64,000 nucleotides of DNA from Cyanobacteria bacterium J06626_4 (GCA_038523235.1 JBCBJQ010000009.1:1-64000), one strand, 5' to 3'. Positions 50,006 to 59,991 are shown, numbered from the stretch's first letter. Made by a program: numbers and translations. Notes: generated by a model not told the origin, from the letters alone.

Positions 50006-51503
50006 CCATGACTCCTTCTCGCACTTCCGTCACCCGCTGCGATCGCAACTTAGGCCAACATTTCTCAATCACATCGTGAAAGATGCGCTCAACGACGGCT
50101 TCGTCTAGGGCGTATTCGCCCTCTAGAGTGGTCGCGCCCCAGCGCCAGGTGGGCAGGTGCCCGATTGGGGCTTCGAGGGTAAATTGCAGATCACGATAGG
50201 CCTTACGCAGGGTCAAGACATCCACTCCGCCGATGCTGAGCGCCGATTTCCAGCCGATGGCGGCCAAAAAATCGCCCCCCTGAACAGTCTGCTGCACAAA
50301 GACCCGATGTTGGGCAATAAACCCAAAGCGGCCCCGACTATAGCGTGACCACAGCGCATCCAGGGTTTGCAAGTCAACGCAGTGAAATTTCGCCAAGGTA
50401 CTAGCGTTGATGGGTTGCATATCCCGACTCACGGCTGACAAAATGAGCCGCTCCGTTTCTTGGTCAGCGGCTTCCCATTGCGTTTTCCAGAGTAAATCCC
50501 GTAATCGATGATATTTGAGCTGCATGGCCGAATCGATGGGGCCATACTGCTGGTCGGTCACCTCGCGCTCAATGGCGCGAACCACTTCGGGGTCGAGCTG
50601 CCAGTCGGCGCAGGCTTGCTTTAAGCGACCGCGATCAAAGTCGGTCGGATATGGCGTATGGGCGATCGCCGCCGCGTATTCCTGGCGATAAAGCTCGGCA
50701 TACTCTTGCCGCACGACCACCTGTTGTTGGGTCACCTCGGCCTGGCGTTGCGTTTCCTGTTGCGCTCGGGCGGCCTTTTCTTGCTCCTGCAGATGGGTAG
50801 CTTCGGCTTTGATGCGCGCAATATATTCTTGATTGATCGGCTCCACATCAGCCTGCGATAGGCCTAAGACCTGATAAAGGCGGCGCAGTTCGAGGTGAGT
50901 GGTGTTGTCAAGGGGAATCGGCTGACGCTCGATTTCGGCACTGAGCACCTCACGGTATTTGTCGAGCTTGGCCTGGCGATCGCCATAGGGGCCTAGCGCT
51001 TTCTGGATGATCGTCTCCATCGCTTCAGGGGGGAACTCCAGGTCATGTCGCAACAACTCGAGATTGGCTCGCTCCACCGGCGTAATTTCGCCCCCGCGCT
51101 GAGCGTAAAGGTGCGCCCGCGCCTGCAAGAGTGTTGGTGCCGGCAAAATCGCTCGGAGCGCCGGAATCATGGCTAATAGCTGTTCTGGCGAATCGGTTTG
51201 GGTTTGCACCCGCAGGCGATCAACCGTGCAAGTGAGGCGGATTTCGACGGGGGTCACCGCTAGGCGCTCGCTCATATCTTTGACCCAGGTGACCATCTGG
51301 TCGGGCTCGGCCAAATGCACCTGTAGCCCCCAGCGCGCCACCGCCGGCTCAGTCTGCGGTAGGGCAGTGATGGTAGCCCGAGGGGTGATCTCTAGCTGCA
51401 TCAGATCATCCCAAAACTTTTGCACGATGCGATCGCGATCGTCGTCGGTCAAGGTCGCATCGACGATTTGCAAGACCACCGTGGCCGATTCGAGACTCTC
51501 CAC
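49992..51503 (-). CDS. Multidomain protein with C-terminal GUN4 domain
   Basis: C-terminal WEAADQET, LDALWSRYSRGRFGFIAQ, APIGHLP; three central helical repeats; GTG start. Confidence 0.85.
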   Translation of the reverse strand: MESLESATVVLQIVDATLTDDDRDRIVQKFWDDLMQLEITPRATITALPQTEPAVARWGLQVHLAEPDQMVTWVKDMSERLAVTPVEIRLTCTVDRLRVQTQTDSPEQLLAMIPALRAILPAPTLLQARAHLYAQRGGEITPVERANLELLRHDLEFPPEAMETIIQKALGPYGDRQAKLDKYREVLSAEIERQPIPLDNTTHLELRRLYQVLGLSQADVEPINQEYIARIKAEATHLQEQEKAARAQQETQRQAEVTQQQVVVRQEYAELYRQEYAAAIAHTPYPTDFDRGRLKQACADWQLDPEVVRAIEREVTDQQYGPIDSAMQLKYHRLRDLLWKTQWEAADQETERLILSAVSRDMQPINASTLAKFHCVDLQTLDALWSRYSRGRFGFIAQHRVFVQQTVQGGDFLAAIGWKSALSIGGVDVLTLRKAYRDLQFTLEAPIGHLPTWRWGATTLEGEYALDEAVVERIFHDVIEKCWPKLRSQRVTEVREGVMDAER

Positions 51504-51770
51504 CCTGGAAAAACGCTCCTCAATATTGACCGACGTCCCGCCCGATGCCAGGACTGCGATTAAGGATATAGCAGAATTCGGAATGCGGCCGTCGGAATTG
51601 GGAATTGAAAGGCTTATCAGCTCACCCTTTCAGCCATCCTGAGTAATTTGCTCACCAGGCCGCTGGGGCGCGTGCTCAAAACTCCCGACTCAGACCCTGC
51701 GGCTAAGCCTGCTGAGGGCAGCCCAGCGATCGCGGATTCGCATCAGACCCAACCAGCCGAGTCTGCTGGC

Positions 51771-52109
51771 TCAAAACGGGCTGCGTCGAGTAGTCATCAT
51801 CTTGTAACCGGCGCTCATCGAAGCAAAGGCTAGAAAAAACTGCCAAAGGCTGGTCGGGTTCAAAATGGCCCGGCTACTGACAAAGACGCAAACGACACCA
51901 AATCCGACGGCAATCCAGCCGAGTGTTTTGGCATCGCCGTTGAGGAAAATGGCCATCACAATGCCGATGCACAAGGAAATCACGGAAAGGTCAGCAGCAA
52001 TGCCGCGCCACCAGGGATAGGCATGGGTAGTGAAGATAACATTTTGGCCTAAGAAACAGATGCCCAACAGCATCAAGGCTAGACCCGCGATGAAATAAAG
52101 GGCTCGCAT
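51771..52109 (-). CDS. Hypothetical four-TM membrane protein
   Basis: 112-aa hydrophobic ORF with GAGG RBS. Confidence 0.75.
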   Translation of the reverse strand: MRALYFIAGLALMLLGICFLGQNVIFTTHAYPWWRGIAADLSVISLCIGIVMAIFLNGDAKTLGWIAVGFGVVCVFVSSRAILNPTSLWQFFLAFASMSAGYKMMTTRRSPF

Positions 52110-52173
52110 CGTTCAATTCCTCAAATGTGGATTTTGGATACAGATTCAGGGGGTTAACCGTCGGAGATCGCGC

Positions 52174-52770
52174 TCACTCACTTGAACTCACTGGGTCAGT
52201 GCGGCTCAGCGCCCTCGCGATCAACCAGGGAACACCGAGGCCCAAAGCCACATGGATCAGCAGCCACAGTAACGAAGTTCCACCGCTGAATCCGTGGATG
52301 TAGAAGCCTCTGCGAGTAGAAGACAATAGTGCATCCCAGATGAGGTGAGCGCTCATACCTACAGACAGGCCGATCGCGCCATCACGTAGCGTACTGAGTC
52401 CAGCGCGTTGCCAACGAGGCACCCCTGGTCGGCGACTCAGCCATAACCATAGGCCCAGCAGCAGCAGGGGAATCAGCACAGAATGAAAAGACCAGCTGCG
52501 ATGGATGAGAAACCGGAATCGGGTCAATTTATAGAGGGGCAGATCCCAGTCGGGCACCGCCATATAAAAGGCAGTATGGCTAAGTAGCGGGATACCCAAC
52601 TTGCGAAACAGAAACAAGCCGCTGGCTCCCCACACCAGCATGAGGAGAAACACCAGCGGATTAATTACCCGCGCCGCTGATCGGTGATAGCGCTCTAAAC
52701 CGGTCCAAAACATGACGCCGACGCCAAGTCCAATCGCGAAATGCAGCAGTTTGTCTAACAGCGAACTCAT
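52174..52770 (-). CDS. Membrane metal-dependent hydrolase-like protein (YdjM-like)
   Basis: PDWD...HRSWSFHS...AHLIWD matches the PDxD/HRxxxHS/HxxxD pattern; start set to ATG 52770. Confidence 0.65.
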   Translation of the reverse strand: MSSLLDKLLHFAIGLGVGVMFWTGLERYHRSAARVINPLVFLLMLVWGASGLFLFRKLGIPLLSHTAFYMAVPDWDLPLYKLTRFRFLIHRSWSFHSVLIPLLLLGLWLWLSRRPGVPRWQRAGLSTLRDGAIGLSVGMSAHLIWDALLSSTRRGFYIHGFSGGTSLLWLLIHVALGLGVPWLIARALSRTDPVSSSE

Positions 52771-53177
52771 GGCAACCGTCGCAGTCTTGAAGACTGTGCT
52801 GCAAGAGAGAGTTGTGCCTTTAACTTGCCCGATTTCTGGTGAGAAAGCACCTGACTCACTGTCCCGGTCTGGCACGGTGATGAGTCGCGATCGCGGCCAA
52901 TCGTTCATGACGCCGCGGCGACACCCCCAAAGGAATAAAAAGGGGGCGTCAGCCCCCGATTTCTTCGTGATGACTCGTCAGGGGCTAATTCTCCGATGGA
53001 AACCGGGGGGCTTTGCGCTATTTTCAGAGCAATTCGCTGAATTTGGACTACCTATCAAAACAGTGTGTGGCCCCTTCGACAAGGGGGCAGCGACAGCAGA
53101 GGACACTAAATTGGTAGCGCTACTTTGCAGAACTGGTATCAATCAAGGGGCAGCAGAATCCAAGACAGCTGTGTATC

Positions 53178-53355
53178 TTAACGTCAGTTCGGGTTAAGGC
53201 AAAACCTGTTACTTTCCCCTTCTGGGAGGGGCTGATGGGGTGGGTTCAAGCCATCGGAGAAATCCACTCCGCCCTGCGGACACCCCTCCCAGGAGGGATT
53301 TAGCCCTCAAACTACCCGCAGATCCCTTGTCAGTCTTATCCCGAACTCAGGTTAA
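53178..53355. mobile_element. MITE-like non-autonomous element (178 bp)
   Basis: Ends TTAACGTCAGTTCGGGTTAAG and CTTATCCCGAACTCAGGTTAA are 18/21 inverted; internal inverted pair CTGGGAGGGG / CCCCTCCCAG; no coding capacity of its own. Confidence 0.7.
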
Positions 53356-53537
53356 AAGACCTGCGTAGTGAAATCTTTCGATTGCCGCTCTGTGAGATCG
53401 CGATCAATTGATACAACCGTTAGCAATCCTTTCAAAGGCGGCTTGCATCATATTCTCGGGACAGCAGTGCTTTCTATCTGGGTTTGACAGTGCAAAGCCT
53501 AGTATCGTGCACTTCATTATTTGAGTAGCCCTTGAGC

Positions 53538-53774
53538 CTAGATAACTTCTAGCTCATGATCTCTCATGTGCGCTTTGAAAGGTCGCTTGGCACCTTCAAC
53601 TTTAAACGACACCACGAAAGGAAAATTAGCACTGATCGGGCGACCTCGCCATTCTTGCAATACCGCAGTGATTTCGCCTTCCATACCTTTCGCTTCAAAC
53701 GCGACACCGCGATGCAGGGGATGGTGGTAAAAAATAACCGAATCTTTAATGCGAACGCGATCGCCAACCTGCAT
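53538..53774 (-). CDS. ftrV: Ferredoxin-thioredoxin reductase variable chain
   Basis: MQVGDRVRIKDSVIFYHHP...WRGRPISANFPF...FKAH. Confidence 0.92.
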   Translation of the reverse strand: MQVGDRVRIKDSVIFYHHPLHRGVAFEAKGMEGEITAVLQEWRGRPISANFPFVVSFKVEGAKRPFKAHMRDHELEVI

Positions 53775-53933
53775 TGCTAACCTATCCTCCTATCAACTGT
53801 CGGTCGCGGCCCTTTGCCAACCAAGCGACACGGCGATTTTACAGCTTTACCATCTTGACACAGGTTGTTACACAAACTACCAATTCGTAGCCTAAGTTCT
53901 GTGACGGTTTGAGCACATTTCCCCAATGGTCCA

Positions 53934-53978
53934 AGGCTCACGAGTGCAGTAGATTCGGCTTACTGCACTCGTGAGCCT
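53934..53978. repeat. Perfect 18-bp inverted repeat downstream of the EF-G paralogue
   Basis: AGGCTCACGAGTGCAGTA-gattcggct-TACTGCACTCGTGAGCCT. Confidence 0.8.
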
Positions 53979-54053
53979 AAGGTGGGTCTACGTCTTCCCC
54001 AATTGCCGCTGTCGCTCAAGCCAGAAGGGACTCGCTGGCGATATCAGCCCACA

Positions 54054-56084
54054 TTAATCGCCATGAGTTTTAGCCAGCAGGCGATCGCGCAGGCCATCGG
54101 GCACTGGATCTAGATGATCGTATTGCCAACGGAAGGTACCGACGCCCATAGACAGCGATCGCAGTTCTAAGATCAGCGTCTGCATTTCCGACTCCGGCAG
54201 GTAGGCTGTCACCACATCCCAGCCGCGCCAATCGGTCTTGGCCTCGTAGCCCAAGATCTGCCCGCGATGGGTGCCAATCAGCCGCAGCACGTTGGCCGTA
54301 AAGCTATTGGGCACAGAGATTTCCACCGAGTCCACCGGTTCGAGCAACACCGGCTCACACTGCGGCAAGCCTTCCTGCATCGCCAGCCGCGCCGCCTGCT
54401 TAAAGGCCTGATCAGAGCTATCCACCGCGTGGTAAGAGCCGTGCGTCAGCGTTACCGCCACATCCACCACCGGAAAGCCCAACGGCCCTTGCACCAGAGA
54501 TTCGCGCACGCCCGTTTCAACACTGGGAATGTATTGACGCGGCACCACACCGCCGACAATTTTTTGGTCAAAGCTAAAGCCGGCGCCGCGAGCCAAGGGG
54601 CGTACCTCTAAAAACACATCGCCAAATTGACCGTGTCCGCCCGTTTGGTGCTTATAGCGCCCCCGCAGTTCCTGCGCAGGCTTACGAATGGTTTCTTTAT
54701 AGGGCACCTGGGGCAGATGAGTAGTCATCGGCAAGCCATACTTGCGGCGCAGCCGGTCTAACGCCAGCTTAAGATGCACCTCCCCTTGGCCCCACAGAAT
54801 CACCTCATGGGTATCGCCATGCTGTTCCCACCGTAGCGAGGGATCTTCGTCCTTTAGTTTGTTCAAGGCCTCAGTCAGCTTCACTTCATCGCTGCGGTGC
54901 TCGGGCACGATCGCCAGCGCATACACCGGCTCTAACCGCTCAGCCGTCGGCAGCGTGACGCTCAGCGTCGCCTGTGGCGTGAGGGTGTCACCAGTTTGCG
55001 CCTGGGTCAGCCGGGCCACGGCCACAATGTCACCCGCCTCGGCCCGTGAGAGGCTGGTGGTCTGTTGGCCCATCAGGCGATAAAGCCCACCCATGCGATC
55101 GCCCTGCAAACTGTCACCATCGGCCAAGCTGCCTTGCCAAACTCGCACCAGCGATAGCTTGCCGCCCTGCGGGGTATAAAACGTTTTGAGCACCTGGGCC
55201 AGCGCCCCGTCAGCGGTCTCCTCTAAGCCGCGTTTTTCCGCAGTGACGGCGGCGGCGGGCGCTTCTTTGACCAGCGCCTGCCAGAGCGGCCGCGTCCCAA
55301 AGTCGGCAGGGGCGATGCCAAACAACACCGGGACGATCAGATCCGCGCCGAGGTCTTGTTTCAAATCGCCCACGATTTCTGCTTGGGGTGGGTCGATGTC
55401 CTCTAACAGCTCCTCCAACAAGTGATCGTCAAAATCAGCTAGGGCCTCCAGCATTTCTTCGCGAGCGGCCTGCTCCTGCGCTTTGAGTTCTGCGGGTATG
55501 GGCACTGCATCGGCCGGTGCACCTGGGTGATAGTGATAGGCCTGTTCCGTAATTAGGTCGATAAAGCCCACCAAATTCTGATCTTCTCGAATGGGATATT
55601 GCTGCGGCAAAATCGGTCGAGTTGAAACAGTTTTTAACGTTTCTAATACTTCTTGAAAAGAGGCAGCTGCCCGATCCATCTTATTAATCCAGATCAGATG
55701 CGGAATCTCCCAACTGTCTAGAAACTGCAGCAGCGGCGCTAACGTTAGCACCCGATGAGGGTCAGCTTCACACACCACGATCGCGGCATCCACCCCCATC
55801 AGAGCATTGTCCGTTTCGAGCTGCAGCTCCACTGAGCCCGGACAATCCAGAAAGTTAAAACAAATGCCGCCATACTCAGCAGTGGCGGCATTTAACTCAA
55901 CGGTCATGGTGCGATCGCGGGCTTCTGGCGTGGCATCCCCCAGCGTCGAACCCTCCTCAACATTCCCTTTGCGGGTAATGGTTTGACTGACGTAGAGTAA
56001 GCTTTCCAGCAACGTCGTCTTACCACTAGAGTAGGGACCCACAATGGCAACATTGCGCGGTCCCGGGCCTTCTTTCTGAGTCAT
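54054..56084 (-). CDS. Elongation factor G paralogue (EF-G II type)
   Basis: G1 GPYSSGKTT, DCPG, NKMD, GQGEVHL, YKETI, KHQTGGHGQFG, SYHAVDSS, LLEP. Confidence 0.92.
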   Translation of the reverse strand: MTQKEGPGPRNVAIVGPYSSGKTTLLESLLYVSQTITRKGNVEEGSTLGDATPEARDRTMTVELNAATAEYGGICFNFLDCPGSVELQLETDNALMGVDAAIVVCEADPHRVLTLAPLLQFLDSWEIPHLIWINKMDRAAASFQEVLETLKTVSTRPILPQQYPIREDQNLVGFIDLITEQAYHYHPGAPADAVPIPAELKAQEQAAREEMLEALADFDDHLLEELLEDIDPPQAEIVGDLKQDLGADLIVPVLFGIAPADFGTRPLWQALVKEAPAAAVTAEKRGLEETADGALAQVLKTFYTPQGGKLSLVRVWQGSLADGDSLQGDRMGGLYRLMGQQTTSLSRAEAGDIVAVARLTQAQTGDTLTPQATLSVTLPTAERLEPVYALAIVPEHRSDEVKLTEALNKLKDEDPSLRWEQHGDTHEVILWGQGEVHLKLALDRLRRKYGLPMTTHLPQVPYKETIRKPAQELRGRYKHQTGGHGQFGDVFLEVRPLARGAGFSFDQKIVGGVVPRQYIPSVETGVRESLVQGPLGFPVVDVAVTLTHGSYHAVDSSDQAFKQAARLAMQEGLPQCEPVLLEPVDSVEISVPNSFTANVLRLIGTHRGQILGYEAKTDWRGWDVVTAYLPESEMQTLILELRSLSMGVGTFRWQYDHLDPVPDGLRDRLLAKTHGD

Positions 56085-56352
56085 AATTTCCCCTTTCCCT
56101 GCGGGTGAAACGGTTTTACCCAAAAGCCCTGTAGCGAAGGGTGCTGTTTGGGTATCTTAAGCCAGTTGTGGCGCTGGCCTTAGCCCTACAATAACCCTTC
56201 CATAAACTGTGAGATTTCTTTGTTGAAGAAAATTCATTAAGCCCCAATTCCCCAGGAAATATAGAGAATCATCAATCATTTTTCACCAATTACTTGATGT
56301 ATTCATTCAGCGCATTCACGCGCTATTCGCCCTCAGGAAAAATAAATTTCTA

Positions 56353-57048
56353 ATGAATAAAATTACCTTAAGTTGCCGTCGTGTCATTAGCTTTGTGGCA
56401 CTCATGCTGGGCACCGGGCTTTTACTGTGGGGTCAACCCTTGCTGGGCAGCCAGACCGCCATTATCGCGCCGCCGCCGACCGCGATCGCCCCCCGAGAGA
56501 CGCCGACTCAAGTTCTCGCTGACGCGCCCAGCCTTGACTATGCTGCCGCCCTGACTGAACTGCAAACCACCCTGAGATTTCAAGACGAACCGCTTAATCC
56601 ACGAGCCGTCGCCGCGTTGATTCCCTGGCTATCTGACACGTTGCCAGGGGCGATCGCGGTGGATATTGAGGGCACGACGCCGACCACCAATCAGTTCTAC
56701 GGCGAACTATCAGAGTTCAGCGATGGGCGCGTGATCGCTGAGTGGACGACCGGCGATGAACGTCGGTTTGTTGGCTATCAGTCTGTTGGGGTATTAGACA
56801 ACGGCACCCATGCTCTGCGCACCTGGGTCAATACCGGTGGTTCGGGGGTGTTTCCATTTTTGATGCTGGTCAGCTTTGATATCGATACGGAAATTCATGA
56901 CGGCGAACCCCGGCAGCGCTTGATCATGACCCGACGCGGGGAGTTTGTGCTAGGCGGCTACGATGGTGAGATTACAATTTCGGGCAATACCGTCACCTTT
57001 ACCCCAGCGCCCAACGGCGACGCTAGCGTCACCGTCACCGTCGACTAG
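56353..57048 (+). CDS. Hypothetical exported protein
   Basis: Signal/TM N-terminus and a 231-aa ORF with NTGGSGVF motif; no family recognised. Confidence 0.7.
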   Translation: MNKITLSCRRVISFVALMLGTGLLLWGQPLLGSQTAIIAPPPTAIAPRETPTQVLADAPSLDYAAALTELQTTLRFQDEPLNPRAVAALIPWLSDTLPGAIAVDIEGTTPTTNQFYGELSEFSDGRVIAEWTTGDERRFVGYQSVGVLDNGTHALRTWVNTGGSGVFPFLMLVSFDIDTEIHDGEPRQRLIMTRRGEFVLGGYDGEITISGNTVTFTPAPNGDASVTVTVD

Positions 57049-57073
57049 CTCCGGATATTCAATCGTTAGGCTA

Positions 57074-57574
57074 TTAAACCGTCGGACGCTCAAATAACGG
57101 GCCTTGCGACAGGCGAGCGCGGGCTCGCTGCCCACCAAATCGCTGGGCAATAATGTCGTCATAGGTATCGGCGATCGTCACCACCGAGAGAATGCACGTC
57201 TGCAACTCCATCAGCGACATCTCTTCGCCGCCCAGCACGCTTTCTGAAAACACCACCTGGCCGGCCTCATCCAGGTGAAAGGAGCCAAATCGCATACGGC
57301 GATTTTCCGTCAGCAAAAACTGCAGCAATTCGCAGTCCAGAGTGCTGCCAATCGTGACACAGCTGGTGGCCCTCACCGTCGCCAGATCACCCTCTTGCCA
57401 GGGGTGCACCTCCCACGGCAACACCTCCACCTCCACCAGGGCAGAGCCGTAGAGAATGTCAAACTTGGGACGATCGCCATCAACCCGCAGCGCATTTTGA
57501 AACAGCGTCGCCCCTTTGAGGTAGTCAGCCACCTTGTCATAGGTCAGCGCTTGCACAGAATTGACAAATTGCAT
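57074..57574 (-). CDS. YbjN / T3SS-chaperone-fold protein
   Basis: YGSALVEV, LLTENRRMRFGSF, IADTYDDIIAQRFGG; start set to ATG 57574. Confidence 0.82.
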   Translation of the reverse strand: MQFVNSVQALTYDKVADYLKGATLFQNALRVDGDRPKFDILYGSALVEVEVLPWEVHPWQEGDLATVRATSCVTIGSTLDCELLQFLLTENRRMRFGSFHLDEAGQVVFSESVLGGEEMSLMELQTCILSVVTIADTYDDIIAQRFGGQRARARLSQGPLFERPTV

Positions 57575-57948
57575 AGACAGAAAGGAAAACCAGGGGCAGG
57601 GGAGCACAAGGGGGCGGGGCAGACAGAGTTGGTTGCCCTGTTGCAGAGAATTGTTAGCCATCCAACCGCCAACCATCACCAGCATAACCAACATCAGCAA
57701 GACCAAATATGACCGCAACCAAGCCAACCCAGCACCCCCGCAGAACTAAACCCCATCGAACTGGCGGCTCCCTTGGCCCCTCGGCTCCCTAGCTCCCCAT
57801 TCATGCAATAGCGAGCGATCGCACCAGAATTGAATCCCTAGCTCCCCTGCCACACCCGCTCCTCAACTTCTTTACAGCCTGCTTAAGGAACACCGACGCT
57901 CTGAGCAAAGGTGACTATAGTGAATGGTTGAATGTCGAGCGATCGCCC

Positions 57949-58770
57949 ATGACCTCACCGACCACTGCCACCCCGCTCAAAGTCTTTGTCTCCTATTCTC
58001 ATCGCGATGAATCCCACAAAGATGATCTCGTGGTGTTTTTGAAAGCCCTACAAAACCTGGGCAAAGTGAGTATTTGGCAAGATCGGGCGATCGATGCTGG
58101 GTCAGAATGGAATGCTGAAATCTTGCAGGCGCTAGACAGTGCCGACATCATTCTCTTATTAATTACGGCTCGGTTTATTGGCTCCAACTTTTGCTTTAGC
58201 AAAGAAATGAACCGGGCGCTCATGCACCACGAACAGCAGACAGCGCGCGTGATTCCGATCATCATGACGCCCTGCGCCTGGCAGCAAATGCCGTTTGCCA
58301 AACTGCAGGTCTTGCCCACCGATGGCAAACCCGTCACCGAATGGAACAGCCTCGATGCGGGCTTGGATAACGTCATTCAAGGCATTACTCGCGTTGTCAA
58401 CAAGTTGCACCCCTCCCCTCTACCCCCAGACGACGGTTGGGGCACCCCTCCCACAGCAGCAGTTACCGATAAAAATGGGCCAGCGGCGTCGCCCGCCTCA
58501 GCAGTGACTCCCGCAATGGATGCTGCAGCGCAGCGATCGCCCCAAGACAATATGCAAAAGCGATTAGTGCTGTTTCGGCTGTTATCAAACCTACCCGGCC
58601 CCACCTTTGACGCCATTGTGTATGCCCTCAACATGCCGCCTTCATTGCTGCCGCCTGCAGCTGCCGCTCAAGGGCAGCGAGTGCCCGCCCTGCTCAACTG
58701 GGCAGAGAGTCCTGTCGGGTGTGGCCTCAGTGAGTTAGAAGCCGTTGTTGACGCCGTCATCAATCCTTAA
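57949..58770 (+). CDS. TIR-domain protein with C-terminal helical domain
   Basis: KVFVSYSHRD, IWQDRAIDAG, ADIILLLIT, SNFCFSKEM, RVIPII; Pro/Ala linker; ~70-aa helical C-terminal domain. Confidence 0.88.
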   Translation: MTSPTTATPLKVFVSYSHRDESHKDDLVVFLKALQNLGKVSIWQDRAIDAGSEWNAEILQALDSADIILLLITARFIGSNFCFSKEMNRALMHHEQQTARVIPIIMTPCAWQQMPFAKLQVLPTDGKPVTEWNSLDAGLDNVIQGITRVVNKLHPSPLPPDDGWGTPPTAAVTDKNGPAASPASAVTPAMDAAAQRSPQDNMQKRLVLFRLLSNLPGPTFDAIVYALNMPPSLLPPAAAAQGQRVPALLNWAESPVGCGLSELEAVVDAVINP

Positions 58771-59103
58771 AAAAATCTGGCGCTGCTTGTTTCTGGGATG
58801 CATCAATCTTCGAAAGCCCTGGCAAAATCAGGATTCCTTAAAGCCGTCTATTGCTTCTCTACGCTGACCGTCCGTAGACCGTGCTCGAGGCCTCTGCCAT
58901 CACTCGTCATGCGGCCATAGACATCAGATTCAGATGCAGCACAGCGTCTCGTCCTTTCAACTCGGCCACCCAGGCAATCATCAAGCAGAATCATTTTCAA
59001 CTCATGGCGAAAAAAGCGCGATCGCCCTCACCCAATTCATCAATTTCAATTAATGTGAGGTCCGCATGAGGTCATTAACTGGACACCCTTATGGAAAAAA
59101 TCT

Positions 59104-59119
59104 GGTGATCTGCAGCACA
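59104..59119. promoter_or_regulatory. Possible CRP-family binding site
   Basis: GGTGA-tctgca-GCACA, 8/10 match to TGTGA-N6-TCACA, ~225 bp upstream of the ComFB gene. Confidence 0.3.
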
Positions 59120-59343
59120 ACACGGGTACGACATTGTCACATTTCCGCACGATCTCGGTTTTCAGCCAGTTCTCAGTTCTCAAAAGGTTTTAAGCTTCGG
59201 TGGATTCTCTCAATAGATATGATAGAAGCGATATACTAGTAGCAGGAATCACCCAGATCAGCGCATCTTGTACTTAAGTAAATCAAAAAAGTGCGCACTG
59301 GCCTCACCCAATATTGACCCGCGAGCACCAGGTAGATTGAGCT

Positions 59344-59991
59344 ATGGATAACCAAAAACAGGTGTATTGTCCCAATACCCATATCAACGTAATGGAGTTA
59401 TTGGTCGCTGAAGAAGTCGACCGGCAGATGGCAGGGCTGCCTGCAAGACTCCTCAAATATCTCAAGCGATCAGAAGTTGAAACCTTTGCCCTTAACCGTT
59501 TGCCGTCGCTCTACGCCTCTAGCGAACAAGGGTTGCATCATCAACGACAAAAGGGCCAGCAAACCCTCAAGCCACAAATCGCGGCGGCGGTGCGCCAAGC
59601 CTTTGCCGCAGTGCAGAGCGATCCGATTCGGATGTCGCAACCGCTCGCGATTAATGCTACTGACGACAATGCCGGGGCTGTTCTCGGTCTGTTGAAACAG
59701 TGGATGCAAGACCCTGACCTGACTTGGGATACGGCCTTACACAATCTGCAAAAGCTACAGCAACGCCGCCAAGGTAAACCACTGACTGCCCGCCCAGCAG
59801 CCGTTAAGGCCCGCACCGCCACAGCCTCTGACTCGCAAGAAGCCTATGCGACGGATGGCAGCGAGCTGCAAAGCACGGCGCTGCGACCGGGCGTGTACGG
59901 CTGTCGCGAAGCGTGGATTCCGCCCCACCGGCGATCGCAGGCTTGGGATCGCACCCACACCCCCCAACGAAATCGGCGCGCGCAGGCTTAA
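59344..59991 (+). CDS. ComFB family protein
   Basis: INVMELLVAEEV, ETFALNRLPSLYASSEQG, AVQSDPIR. Confidence 0.88.
   Translation: MDNQKQVYCPNTHINVMELLVAEEVDRQMAGLPARLLKYLKRSEVETFALNRLPSLYASSEQGLHHQRQKGQQTLKPQIAAAVRQAFAAVQSDPIRMSQPLAINATDDNAGAVLGLLKQWMQDPDLTWDTALHNLQKLQQRRQGKPLTARPAAVKARTATASDSQEAYATDGSELQSTALRPGVYGCREAWIPPHRRSQAWDRTHTPQRNRRAQA

Noticed and set aside
52712..53197. 161-aa plus-strand ORF running into the MITE end
   Set aside because: It overlaps the minus-strand membrane gene and repeat DNA and shows no transposase motifs
54054..56084. Calling the EF-G gene the main fusA
   Set aside because: The G1 motif is divergent (GPYSSGKTT instead of AHIDAGKTT) and it is not in the rpsL-rpsG-tuf operon
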